DNA of 64,000 nt, taken from assembly GCA_051294375.1 (NCBI GenBank), contig CM119267.1, positions 23,862,111-23,926,110 on the forward strand. The letters run 5' to 3'. Made by a program: the position numbers and the translations under genes. The DNA comes from Paraspadella gotoi (Eukaryota; Animalia; Chaetognatha). Below are positions 1 through 11,890 of this stretch, in pieces. Positions within the stretch are counted from its first letter, which is position 1, and each line of letters opens with the position of its first letter. The notes under the pieces were generated by a model that searched no databases, had not been told where the DNA came from, and was given only the letters and a program-made list of their open reading frames with translations.

Positions 1-976
1 ATTTTGCAAAGGTTTAATCAATAAAAACTTGTTTTAAGTTTTAAATTTTTTTCTCTATTGACGAATATATGTGGATGTAGCAACTCGTCGTCGTCTCTTT
101 TGTTGAGGCATCATCATCGTCGTCGTCGTCGTCGTCGTCGTCATGGAATAACGCTCTGTCCTCTCCAAAATCGGCTGTTGATTTTCCCAGACACTCCATT
201 CTCCACTCAACACTCCATCCAGTTCTCACCCTCCACTTTAAAGCCACTCCAGACTAAAATCACTTCGGCCTAAAATTACTCCAACGCGAAATCATTTTAG
301 CATAAAATCGCTCTTACCATCGTCCTAGGGTCACTTCCAAGTGTAACCATTGCTCCAGTGGATGACTACTCTTGGGAATCTTATTCTCCATCAAGATAAA
401 AGCTTCCAACAGAAAGTCTCGACTTGGAAACTCCAGCAGAGATTTTTGGGCGGCTCCACCGACAGTCGAGAGAAATCGTCCTTATGTTCCTTTATTTTCA
501 AACCTAATCTTTTGTTTACGCTCTTACTTTTCGAGATTCTCTCAATCGATTTCNNNNNNNNNNNNNNNNNNNNNNNNNNNNNNNNNNNNNNNNNNNNNNN
601 NNNNNNNNNNNNNNNNNNNNNNNNNNNNNNNNNNNNNNNNNNNNNNNNNNNNNNNNNNNNNNNNNNNNNNNNNNNNNNNNNNNNNNNNNNNNNNNNNNNN
701 NNNNNNNNNNNNNNNNNNNNNNNNNNNNNNNNNNNNNNNNNNNNNNCTCTCTCTCTCTCTCTCTCTCTCGTCTTTCAAGAAGCGAATCAAATTTACCCTA
801 GGTTTTTCTTTCCAGGATTTTGCAATTTATTTAGAACTTCGAATGTACGCAAGCGCAGTACTAAAATAAATTTTAAAATATGTTAATTGACAACGTCGAT
901 ATTTAAATTTTAATATATGATGCTTTCACGGAATTTGGACGAACGCCATCTGAGTTCAGATTGACGGAGAAAAATA

Positions 977-3900
977 ATGACGACATCAATGACGCCTCGT
1001 CTCCCTGCAGCGCCGCCATCTTCCCCGGCATCGCAACGCCGTCTCGTCCGCGCGCTGACCACCGAATTGTGGCCTTACGCCTTCAGGGACGAGACGAGGC
1101 CGCGGGGCTGGGGAGGTCTTTGCGTGGACATCCTCGAAGGCGTGGCGGAAGAAGTCGGGTTCGAGTGGATCGTCAACGAGAGACGCGACGGAGTGTGGGG
1201 GCATCAGGTAAAGCCGGTGGAGGAGGAGGAGGAGGAGGAGGAGNNNNNNNNNNNNNNNNNNNNNNNNNNNNNNNNNNNNNNNNNNNNNNNNNNNNNNNNN
1301 NNNNNNNNNNNNNNNNNNNNNNNNNNNNNNNNNNNNNNNNNNNNNNNNNNNNNNNNNNNNNNNNNNNNNNNNNNNNNNNNNNNNNNNNNNNNNNNNNNNN
1401 NNNNNNNNNNNNNNNNNNNNNNNNNNNNNNNNNNNNNNNNNNNNNNNNNNNNNNNNNNNNNNNNNNNNNNNNNNNNNNNNNCCGTCGCAGCCTCAGCCGC
1501 CACAGCCGTTGATGCAGCCGCTCAAATTCGTTTTCGATCTGCAGGTCGATCCGGACTGCGTAGAGTCTTGCGAGTGGACGGGAATGTTGGGCGATGTTGC
1601 CATGGTGAGTTTGTAGAGAGGAAAAAGAGGTTGAATTGTGAAATGGCGACGTTAATTTAAAAGAATATATTATTAAATCATACCTTAGAGCCCGATCGTC
1701 GATTTCATACCTAACCTTAGAACCCAATCGTTGATTTCATACCTAACCTTAGAGCTCAATCGTTGATTTCATACTTAAGCTTAGAGACCAATAGTTGATT
1801 TCATACCTAACCTTTGAGCTCAATCGTTGATTTCGTTTCGATAGAACGTAATAAATCTCGTGACCTGTGAAGAGATAATTTTTATGTGTTAGTGAGAGAA
1901 CCGTTCAATGTAAGCAGTCCCTGAGCTTCGGATCAGGCTGTAACACCATGTTACAGGCGGGTTAAGCGCCCCGTCCCTCTTAACTGCTAGGCGACCACCG
2001 GGCTAGAACCCCGGACCTTTGGGTTGGGAGGCGAATGACTGATGAACGGTTGGTGGATTTTAGTCCACCATACCTGTAATTATTTAGAATATTTAGACAA
2101 TCCCGCGTTTCTCTACTGCAGTTTTAAAGACTAATTCATATTAATTATATTAATATTAAATATATTAATATATATATTAATATATATATATATAATATAT
2201 ATATATTAATATATTAAATCCAGGGCGAGCACGACCTCCTCCTTCAATACACGACCGTGACTCCGTCTCGCTCTCGCGCTTTCGACTTTACGACTCCTTT
2301 CATGGCGACGCATCTCGAAGGTCTCATCGCGAGACGAAAAGAGGAGGTGGACGCATTTCAATTCCTCGCCCCTTTCGAGGTTTAGGCGAAGTTTGATTAA
2401 ATAGGTTAAATAAATAATTAATAAGTATTAAGTAGTAGTATTTCCAATCCAGGCGTCATTGTGGGGCGCGGTGGTGATCACGGTGGCGGCGTTCTCGGCG
2501 GCGTTGGCGGGAATCTCGTGGGTGGACGGGCGGTTGGGCGGAGGGGAGCAGGGAAGTGTGGGGAAGGAGTGTGGTCAGTGTGGTAAAGAGTGTGGAGGTC
2601 GATGTGGATGGAACGACGAAGGCGAAGGGAAAATAGTCAAGTCGAGAACTAAGAAGCGGGTTTGTATCTCTTTCTTTCTTTCTTGCTTTCTTTCTTTCTG
2701 TCTTTCTTTCTTTCTTTCTGTCTTTCTCAATATCTTTCTCCCCTTCTATCTTTTTTTTAATTCCTATCTTTCTCCCCTTCTATTTTTCTTTTAATATCTA
2801 TCTTTCCTTCTATCTTTCATTCTCCCTCCCCTCCCCTCCCGACAGCGCGCCCCTTCCTTCACGCTCGCCGACGGCTGCTGGTTCTCCCTGGGCGCCTTCA
2901 TGCAGCAGGGCGTCGCCCGCAACCCTTCGTCCGTCGGAGGTCGCGTGGTCTCAATCACCTGGTGGAGTTTCTGTCTCATTCTCGTCTCTTCCTACACGGC
3001 CAACTTGGCGGCCTTCCTCAGCCGGGATCGATCAGGCGCGGAAATTCGGGTCAGGCGAGGGTGGACAGGCGGGGAACAGGCGAAGTGGGGGACAGCCTGG
3101 TAAGGAAGTGTAAGGGCATAGTCGGGATGTCAGGGGAAAATCTAATGCAAGACTAGTTCCCGAAAGCGATCAGAATGCCAGGCGGAGGTATAGTAAAGCC
3201 AGCACGTAAAAAAAATATGGTGAAATTTGAAATCTTAATTCTGGCAGATGGAGGCGACAAATGGCCGACGATTTGCGAAAAGGAGGCAAACGTCGAGTAT
3301 TGTTGGAAAATTTTGGTTTTGGTTCTCAAGTTGAAACTTCAAAAAATTAATAACAAACCTACTTAAATTTTAAAAAAAGAAAAAAAGTTATTTATTATAA
3401 AGAAAAATGGATGATTCTATTGTTCATGTAGAAACAATGCGGTTAAAAAAAACATTGAAATCAATGATTGACTCCGGCGATTCTAAAGACGAAAGTCAAC
3501 GACCAAACTCACCCCGTCCCCCCCAAAAAAAAGGGGTCCTGCTGACTGTATCAGACTGAAACCAATTCCCGTTGCGCGAATGTCCTTAAATTTGTCTGGA
3601 CAACCCCTTAACCCATAATCTTTTCAGCGTTCTTATTTGAGGCTCATCAGTATCCCACTCCCATACGGACAATTAGACCCTCAAGCTTGTCTGATTTTAG
3701 GAGAACAGCGTCACTTTTTCCAGAGATAGACTTGTTCGCATCGCCCCGAACTGTTGTTTTTATCGCCGCCCCGACGTCTGTAATTCAGCCCCAAAGACTT
3801 GTCCGCATATCTCCAAAGACTTGTTTGCATAATCCCAAAGACTTAACCGTATTTCCCCTGAGAATAGTTCGCTTGTCCCAAAGTTGTTTGCATGACTCCC

Positions 3901-4042
3901 CAAGACTTGTCCGCACGGCTCCATCACTTCGTCCTGCGCATTCGGATCATCTGGTCGCTGACGTCGTCCGCTCTCGCCGGTCAGAAGACATCCGTGTCCC
4001 TGCGGGTCAGCACCGCCTCGCAGCCGCGGAACTGGGAAGGAG

Positions 4043-4120
<78 letters not shown>

Positions 4121-4196
4121 AGATATTGTCTTTATCTGTCCTACCCTGACAGGTCGATTTTTATAAGCAATATAAAGTTCATATTTTTCCACTTTG

Positions 4197-4256
<60 letters not shown>

Positions 4257-7200
4257 CCCATCTCTCTCTTTTTCCATTCGACTAAACCGTTCTCTACTCT
4301 CCCCCCCCTTCGACCCGAACTGTGACCGACCTGGGCAATCCGCGGTTCTCGTTTTTCCGCCGCCTTCGCCGCCTTCGCCGCCTTCGCCCTCGTCCTTCTT
4401 TCCTTTCGATCCGCCGCAGCCCATCTTTTTTTTTCCAGAAAGCTTTTTTTCTTTTTTTTTCTTTTTTTTTTTGGTCAAATTCAAAGAATCAAAAAAATCG
4501 CGGGAAAATTTAAAAATGTTAGTTTTGGCGGGAAGTAGGGTACCGACTCTTTCGACGGTACGAGTCTCGTCTAAGACGAACGGGATNNNNNNNNNNTTTG
4601 ACTTCGCGTTTTCTCGATGTTAATTTCCCGTTAAGCCTGGGCTCGGCGCCGGCTGCAGAGACGGCGCGGTGCTGCTGCGAGGCTGCAGCGGGAAGAATAG
4701 TCGACGCAAACCGAGATTTTAAATCTTTAAATATTTAATACTGGTCATTTTTACCTAAATTTTTTACCTTCTTAAAAATGGTCAATGGTCTTTTTCATTC
4801 TCATTTGTTCATTACTTTACTACGTTACTTCTTTCTGATGATCATAAACATAATCATCAACTTTATCATTAACTTTATCATCAACTTCATCATCAACAAT
4901 GACCGACAAGAAAACAAAAAAAGGAAAACTAACGAGGTTAAGAGTGACAACTTTTTTCTAGTGTTTTTATTCAAATTAAAACATAATCGTAATCGCTATG
5001 AATCAACCAGTTGTTTTTTTTTTATTCAAGAATCTTTTCTTTTTCGAAATTCGAAAACAAATCGATTCGCGTCTCAAAAAAGGAAAAAAAATAAAATGTT
5101 TTTGTTTGTGAAGAGAGGATCCAAGCTTTCGAGAGGGCACTGAGAGATGAGCCAAGCATTAGGCGGACTGCTTTCCTCTTCTACCTTCATCCGCCGCCGC
5201 CGCCTCCTCCTCTTCATCTTCCTCCTCCTCCTCCCCTTTCCGATTCTGTCCTCTTCCTCCGTCTCTCCCTCTGACTCCTTCAGTTTTGATTGTCTTCCTG
5301 TCGTTCGTCGTCTTGTTCACCTTGATGCAGTTGGTTCGAACTCACCCCAAAGTTCTGAAAGAGTGAGATGGGGTTTTGGTTTGATACCGGGGGAAATTGC
5401 GACGATTTTAGTGACGAGTGGGGGGAGAAAAAGGGAGGTGGAGCTAGAGTGAGGCGAGGGAGAGGGAGAAAGAGGGAGAGGGAGAGAGGGAGGGGGAGGA
5501 AGGAAGAAGAAGAGTGAGGGAGGGGAGGTGGAGGAGGAGGAACGGAGAGGGAGGTGGAGCAAGAGTGAGGGAGCGAGGTGGACTAAGAGGGAGGGGGGAG
5601 GGAGAGGAAGAGGAAGGGGAGGAAGGGATAGGGAGGACGACGACAACCACGACGACGACGCAGACGTTTACTGTTCACATCGTCGAAAAAGCAAAGTTTT
5701 AAACGAAAGTTTTGACGGTTTGTGCTTACTGTATCACAACGTACCGATATTGAAATACTGACAATCTTACACGCCAAAAACGAAACAGACAGAGACAGAG
5801 AAACAGAAAGACACGACCGAGAAAAATCTTCTCTTTCAAATCCGTTCCGCACGAACACATCTTCCAACACTCCCTCCACGACCACACCTGCGATTCGCCC
5901 TGGTTCTCGTTCTCGCCTCCTTCGCCGCCGCCCTCGCCGCCGCCGTCGTCCGCCTTCTTCTTGGATCCACCGCAGCCCATTTTCGTTACCGGCGCCGGGA
6001 TCCGGTAAAACAACCGAGAAACGCGCTCGGGTCCGCCAAAAAAAAAAATAAATTAGAAAAAAAACACAAAAGTGTCTTGTGGTTTTTGTTGATCGGAATT
6101 AAAAAAACGGAGAAAGAAAAAACCTTTGGTTGAGTAAAGATCGAGGAGAAGGCTAAGGATCGATCGTAGGAGCGTTTGCTTACAATCGTCGTACACTCTC
6201 TCCTTCTCTGTCTCACTCTTTCTCTCTTCGTCGCGTAATCGTTCTTATTCTTTAATTCTTTCGGCGTTTGTTTTATATGAGGTTATACTTCACGTAACAG
6301 CTCATTGTGATAGTCTTTTGAGCTTAATTGGAATCCAGATTTAGACTGATTAAAAATAAGTTGCTTTAGTACCAGATTGCATAAGTTCACCCCGCCCATA
6401 AGCAAGTCGTGACCCGGTGGCTCCCTGAATAATACCATCATCTCATGACCATTAAGAACCGGGATCGATCCTTCGAGAAGCGTGAGGACAGCCGTCAACC
6501 GCCCTGGAGGCCTGGAAAACCAGCAAGACTGGTTCCAAGCCCAGGACGCGTTCTATGGCTGCGGATCGCACTTTTCAGCCCGCTTATCCACATGATTAGC
6601 ATCAAATCTTGTCAAGTGCCCACTGTCCTCCTCAGCTTTCAGATTTCAGATTTTAAAAAAAATAAGTTTTGTCAATAACTTGTAAGATTGATGGAGGCCT
6701 TAAATCACAATAGCCTGTCCAAAGTCAGGAGCAAGATAGCTTATTTATTAAATGAATGGATAATTTTTATATTGGTTTCAGTTTCATGTATTTTTCTTAT
6801 TGACCTCCTCCTCCTCCTCCTCCTACTCATCCTCCTCCTTCCTCCATGACCCTCTCTGACTCTTCAGGACATCTCCACCCTCCTCTCCCAATCCACCGTC
6901 CGCTTCGGCACAGTCGCCAACAGTTCCAACGCCGACTTTTTTCGTCTTTCTCCGTTTCCGCTCTTCAACGACGTCTACCGCCGGATGGAATCCTGGGGAA
7001 CGCTGTGGGGAGACTTCGACGACGCCACGGCGCGGGCGGCGCTGCGGGGCGGCGCCGGGGTGATCCGATCCGGCGACGCCGTCCAGCGCCTCCTCGACGA
7101 AGACTGCGACGAAGAATTCCGGCGCCTTGAGGGGGCGTTGGCTCTCGATCTCGTTGGCTTCGCCGTGTGGAGAGGATTCGACGGGGAGTTGCTCGAGGTT

Positions 7201-7856
7201 TGCGGTTGGGAAGAGGGTCGGGGGGTGTTGAGTGGGTAATATATATCCAGGAGAAGGTTAAGGTGGTTAAGGGCTTTTGAAAAAGATAGTACCATAAGTG
7301 GCAAGAGAAAAAATCACCATAAAACCTAACACGTACTAATTACCAGGTAATGAAAATTAAAAATGACTTGTTTCACTATTTAAACATTTTTTTTTTTAAT
7401 TTTAAATTTTTAAAATGTTATAGTTCAAAAAATGGCAAAAAAATTATCGAAGACATTAAATTTTATATATAGTATGTATATTAAATAACCATTGTTGTAC
7501 ATATTTTTTTTATTGTCTATAAAACAACAAACAGCAATTGCAGAATGAAATTCAATGTATACCGCACTTTGATTAATCTTAGACATAATCCACCCCATCA
7601 ACTCCAGCTCATCAACTCCAAGATGCTGGAGTTCCTCCGCGACGGTCGTCTGGGTCAGCTGGAGGCCAAGTACCGCGTCCACGTCTGTCGCCGATCGAAC
7701 GCCTCGTCCACAAAGCCGCTGAGACTCGTCGACCTTCTCGGCCTCTTTCTATTCGTGGGGGCGGGAATGGTGGCGGGTGTGGTGGCTCCGGTGGTGGAGT
7801 GGGGGTGGAGGAGGATGAGGAGGAGGAGGAAGAGGAGGGAGGAGGAGGAGGCGTAG
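977..7856 (+). CDS. Ionotropic glutamate receptor-like ion channel subunit (S1-M1-P-M3-S2-M4; no amino-terminal domain visible), 7 exons
   Basis: GT-AG exons at about 977-1207, 1545-1604, 2224-2379, 2453-~2573, 2846-3049, 6868-7197 and 7608-7856. Motifs: S1 'GLCVDILEGVAEEVGF', 'WTGMLGDV', 'TVTPSRSRAFDFTTPF'; pre-M1 'FQFLAPF..LW'; pore 'WFSLGAFMQQG'; M3 'SYTANLAAFL'; S2 'FGTVANSS'; M4 'LRLVDLLGLFLFVGAG'. The 5' end and the exon 4/5 phase are uncertain. Confidence 0.92.
1680..1835. repeat. Intronic minisatellite, unit about 31-32 bp
   Basis: About 4-5 copies of aatcgttgatttcatacctaaccttagagctc. Confidence 0.8.
1907..2090 (-). mobile_element. tRNA-derived SINE-like family A, copy with part of the head deleted
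   Basis: Its reverse complement matches 26921-27128 (…cccaaaggtccggggttctagcccggtgg…gatccgaagctcagggactgctta). Confidence 0.75.
3760..4424 (-). CDS. Small N-acylated protein A, nested antisense in the iGluR intron (about 121 aa as assembled)
   Basis: Exon 1 at 4424-4331 encodes MGCGGSKGKKDEGEGGEGGEGGG... and ends at a GT donor. A (CT)n/cccag acceptor precedes exon 2 at 4031-3760, which is open in the matching phase (VPRLRGGADPQ...GRR*). The exon-2 frame would change with a 1-nt indel in exon 1. Confidence 0.6.
5280..5980 (-). CDS. Small N-acylated acidic microprotein B, nested antisense in the iGluR intron (about 55 aa)
   Basis: Exon 1 at 5980-5888 encodes MGCGGSKKKADDGGGEGGGEGGENENQGESQ, then cag|gt. 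After a long pyrimidine tract, ctctttcag| opens exon 2 at 5354-5280: NFGVSSNQLHQGEQDDERQEDNQN*. Exon 1 is paralogous to that of gene A. Confidence 0.62.
6380..6575 (+). mobile_element. Dispersed repeat family B (related copies at about 18560-18790, 41680-41740 and possibly 50150-50335)
   Basis: Shared blocks: ataagttcacc, cgggatcga, gaagcgtgaggac(a/g)gccgt and ctggttc(c/t)aag. Confidence 0.6.
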
Positions 7857-8281
7857 GGGAAGATCGATTTACATAAGATTTAAAAATAGGGAAAAAATAT
7901 CTTTGTTTTTTTTTCATTTTTGTATCTAGATTATCTTTATAATGATTTCGGAAATATAATTTTTTTTCCCAGGACTAATGTTTAATGCTATTTTATTCTA
8001 AATTTTGAAAAGTCAGTCTTGATATTAAAAACATTTTCTTTTTTGTTTTTTGTTTTTTTTTTTTAATTTTAACATAGCTTGAACACCACAATTGCATTTA
8101 ACGTTGGACTTCTGTTCGGTACTTTATCATACAATCTGTATTATTTGTTTTTGTAATTTTTTTTTCATGTAATAATTCTTTCAGGTTTACATAATTTAAT
8201 AGTTTTCAATTACTTTAATTGGATTCATTCTGTCATTCATTCATTCATCCTTTCATTCACTCTGACCTTACTTTCATTCAG

Positions 8282-8814
8282 ACTACGAATGCTGCGTCCG
8301 CCGCGGCTCCGCCTCCGACCCCAAAGTTGAATGGCACACCTCGACGAGCGGTTCCAATCCCAAAGTCAAAGGTTCGTCGACGCAGACTCTCTACTGTTAT
8401 CGTATTTATATTTAGTTGTAGATCGTTTCGTCTAGTTAAAAAATCTGTGCCAAAATTGTGCGAAATATTCGTTGAGAAATTAGCTTTCTCCACTCGGGAA
8501 ACGTTAAGAATTTAGTAATGTATACTAGCAAAATGTTTAATCAAAAATCTTGGATTTAAGATGAAGTAAAATTTATTCCTTCAAGTTACTCTTCTTTCAT
8601 TTCTATTTACCTTTCACTTTGACGTTAAATCTTTTTGACGATTTGTCCCGCGTTTTATGACCCCTATGCTCTTTTGACCCCCCGAATGACTTTCATGACC
8701 TTTTTTTGACCTTCGTGACCTTTTGACCTTCAAAAGGCGATCCAGGAGATTTGTTTGAGGATGTAATGATTGTCGGGGAGCGACCGAACAGAACTAGAAT
8801 AGCATTACTCAAAG
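8282..8814 (+). CDS. Probable upstream exons of the CTHRC1-like gene (first copy)
   Basis: Phase-1 AG/GT-bounded exons 8282-8371 (DYECCVRRGSASDPKVEW...) and 8737-8814 (GDPGDLFEDV...LLKG). Their duplicates at about 15785 and 16224 lead directly into the collagen exon at 16957. Confidence 0.5.
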
Positions 8815-9933
8815 GTAACAATTAAAATAATGGTTTAATTAATCCAAAGGCGAAATAACAAAATAAATAAAAAAAAAAGATTTAAAAAAATTACGTACAG
8901 ATTAAAGAGCACATTTTAATTTATTTTACAATTTCTGTTATATTGGTTTATGTTCACGAAGATTTTAAGGAAAAACATTAAGACTATCTTGGAAAATCTC
9001 CGCTTTTTGTGACACAACGATCGCAGATCACTTTGTACGCACTAACTTCAGCTTTCACACGGAACCTACTCACTCACAAATGGTTCCCCATTTACCTTAA
9101 GCTTCTTTTTTTTTGACAAATCTTTGATTCATACATAATTTTGTTGTCTTTGTCATCAAAAATTGTCAGTGCTTAAAAAATCCGAGCTCNNNNNNNNNNN
9201 NNNNNNNNNNNNNNNNNNNNNNNNNNNNNNNNNNNNNNNNNNNNNNNNNNNNNNNNNNNNNNNNNNNNNNNNNNNNNNNNNNNNNNNNNNNNNNNNNNNN
9301 NNNNNNNNNNNNNNNNNNNNNNNNNNNNNNNNNNNNNNNNNNNNNNNNNNNNNNNNNNNNNNNNNNNNNNNNNNNNNNNNNNNNNNNNNNNNNNNNNNNN
9401 NNNNNNNNNNNNNNNNNNNNNNNNNNNNNNNNNNNNNNNNNNNNNNNNNNNNNNNNNNNNNNNNNNNNNNNNNNNNNNNNNNNNNNNNNNNNNNNNNNNN
9501 NNNNNNNNNNNNNNNNNNNNNNNNNNNNNNNNNNNNNNNNNNNNNNNNNNNNNNNNNNNNNNNNNNNNNNNNNNNNNNNNNNNNNNNNNNNNNNNNNNNN
9601 NNNNNNNNNNNNNNNNNNNNNNNNNNNNNNNNNNNNNNNNNNNNNNNNNNNNNNNNNNNNNNNNNNNNNNNNNNNNNNNNNNNNNNNNNNNNNNNNNNNN
9701 NNNNNNNNNNNAAAAAAACTTACACTTTTCTTAAATTTAAACTTTAACTTTAACTTTTATTAAATGATTGGTTTTATTCCTTTGAATAAAGTGGGTTTCA
9801 TGATATCTAAATAATAAATAAACTCTAACGTAGAAGTGTTAATAATATTTTCAGTTATAACAAGTTTTAAATTTTTATTGGGTACTCAAAGAATAATGTT
9901 TAATTGATTTTGAACCAATCTGTTGAAAAAAAA

Positions 9934-11677
9934 AATACACGACCGTGACTCCGTCTCGCTCTCGCGCTTTCGACTTTACGACTCCTTTCATGGCGACGCA
10001 TCTCGAAGGTCTCATCGCGAGACGAAAAGAGGAGGTGGACGCATTTCAATTCTCGCCCTTTCGAGGTTTAGGCGAGTTGATTAAATAGGTTAATAAATAA
10101 TTAATAAGTATTAAGTAGTAGTATTTCCAACCAGGCGTCATTGTGGGGCGCGGTGGTGATCACGGTGGCGGCGTTCCTCGGCGGCGTTGGCGGGAATCTC
10201 GTGGTGGACGGGCGGTTGGCGGAGGGGAGCAGGGAAGTGTGGGGAAGGAGTGTGTCAGTGTGGTAAGAGTGTGGAGGTCGATGTGGATGGAACGACGAAG
10301 GCGAAGGGAAAATAGTCAAGTCGACAACTAAGAAGCGGGTTTGTATCTCTTCTTTCTTCTTGCTTCTTTCTTCTGTCTTTCTTCTTTCTTTCTGTCATTC
10401 TCATATCTTTCTCCCCTTCTATCTTTTTTAATCCTATCTTTCTCCCCTTCATTTTTCTTTAATATTATCTTTCTTCTATCTTCATTCTCCCTCCCTCCCC
10501 TCCCGACAGCGCGCCCCTCCTTCACGCTCGCCGACGGCTGCTGTTCTCCCTGGGCGCCTTCATGCAGCAGGGCGTCGCCCGCAAACCCTTCGTCCGTCGA
10601 GGTCGCGTCGTCTCATCACCTGGTGGAGTTTCTGTCTCATTCTCGTCTCTTCCTACACGCCAACTTGGCGGCCTTCCTCAGCCGGGATCGATCAGGCGCG
10701 GAAATTCGGGTCAGGCGAGGTGGACAGGCGGGGAACAGCGAATGGGGGACAGCCTTGGTCAGGAAGTGTAAGGCATAGTCGGGATGTCAGGGGAAAATCT
10801 ATGCAAGACTAGTTCCGACGAAAGCGATCAGAATGCCAGGCGGAGGTATAGTAAAGCCAGCACGTAAAAAAATATGGTGAAATTTGAAATCTTAATTTCT
10901 GGCAGATGGAGGCGACAATGGCCGACGATTTGCGAAAAGGAGGCAAACGTCGAGTATTGTGGAAAATTTGGTTTTGGGTTCTCAAGTTGAAACTTCAAAA
11001 ATTATAACAACCTACTTAAATTTAAAAAAGAAAAAAGTTATTTATTATAAGAAAAATGGATGATTCTATTGTCATGTAGACAAATGCGGTAAAAAACATT
11101 GAAAGCAATGATGACTCCGGCGATTCTAAGACGAAAGTCAACGACCAAACTCACCCTCGTCCCCCCAAAAAAAAGGGGTCCTGCTGACTGTATCAGACTG
11201 AAACAATTCCCGTTGCCGCGAATGTCCTTAAATTGTCTGGACAACCCTACCCATAATCTTTTCAGCGTTCTTATTTGAGGCTCATCAGTATCCACTCCCA
11301 TACGGACAATTAGACCCTCAAGCTTGTCTGATTTTAGGAGAACAGCGTCACTTTTTCCAGAGATAACTTGTTTCGCATCGCCCCGAACTGTTGTTTTTAT
11401 CGCCGCCCCGACGTCTGTAATTCAGCCTCAAGACTTGTCCGCATATCTCCAAAGACTTTTTTGCATAATCCCAAAGACTTTAACGTATTTCCCCTGAGAA
11501 TAGTTCGCTTGTCCCAAAAGTTGTTTGCATGACTCCCAAGACTGTCCGCACGGCTCCATCACTTCGTCTGCGCATTCGGATCATCTGTCGCTGACGTCGT
11601 CCGCTCTCGCCGGTCAGAGACATCCGTGTCCTGCGGGTCAGCACCGCCTCGCAGCCGCGAACTGGAAGGAGAAAGAA

Positions 11678-11755
<78 letters not shown>

Positions 11756-11832
11756 TGAAAATATTGTCTTTATCTGTCCACCCTGACAGGTCGATTTTTA
11801 TAAGCATATAAAGTTCATATTTTTTCACTTTG

Positions 11833-11890
<58 letters not shown>

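Noticed and set aside
58-553. iGluR amino-terminal-domain or signal-peptide exons
   Set aside because: The composition is exon-like in places, but I could not build a stop-free spliced frame, and a gap follows. Left unresolved.
2035-2075. Hammerhead ribozyme at ctgatga in SINE A
   Set aside because: No properly placed GAAA core or supporting stems could be identified.
4010-4031. Ubiquitin-like RLRGG motif in nested gene A
   Set aside because: There is no ubiquitin-fold sequence upstream, and the motif depends on an uncertain frame.
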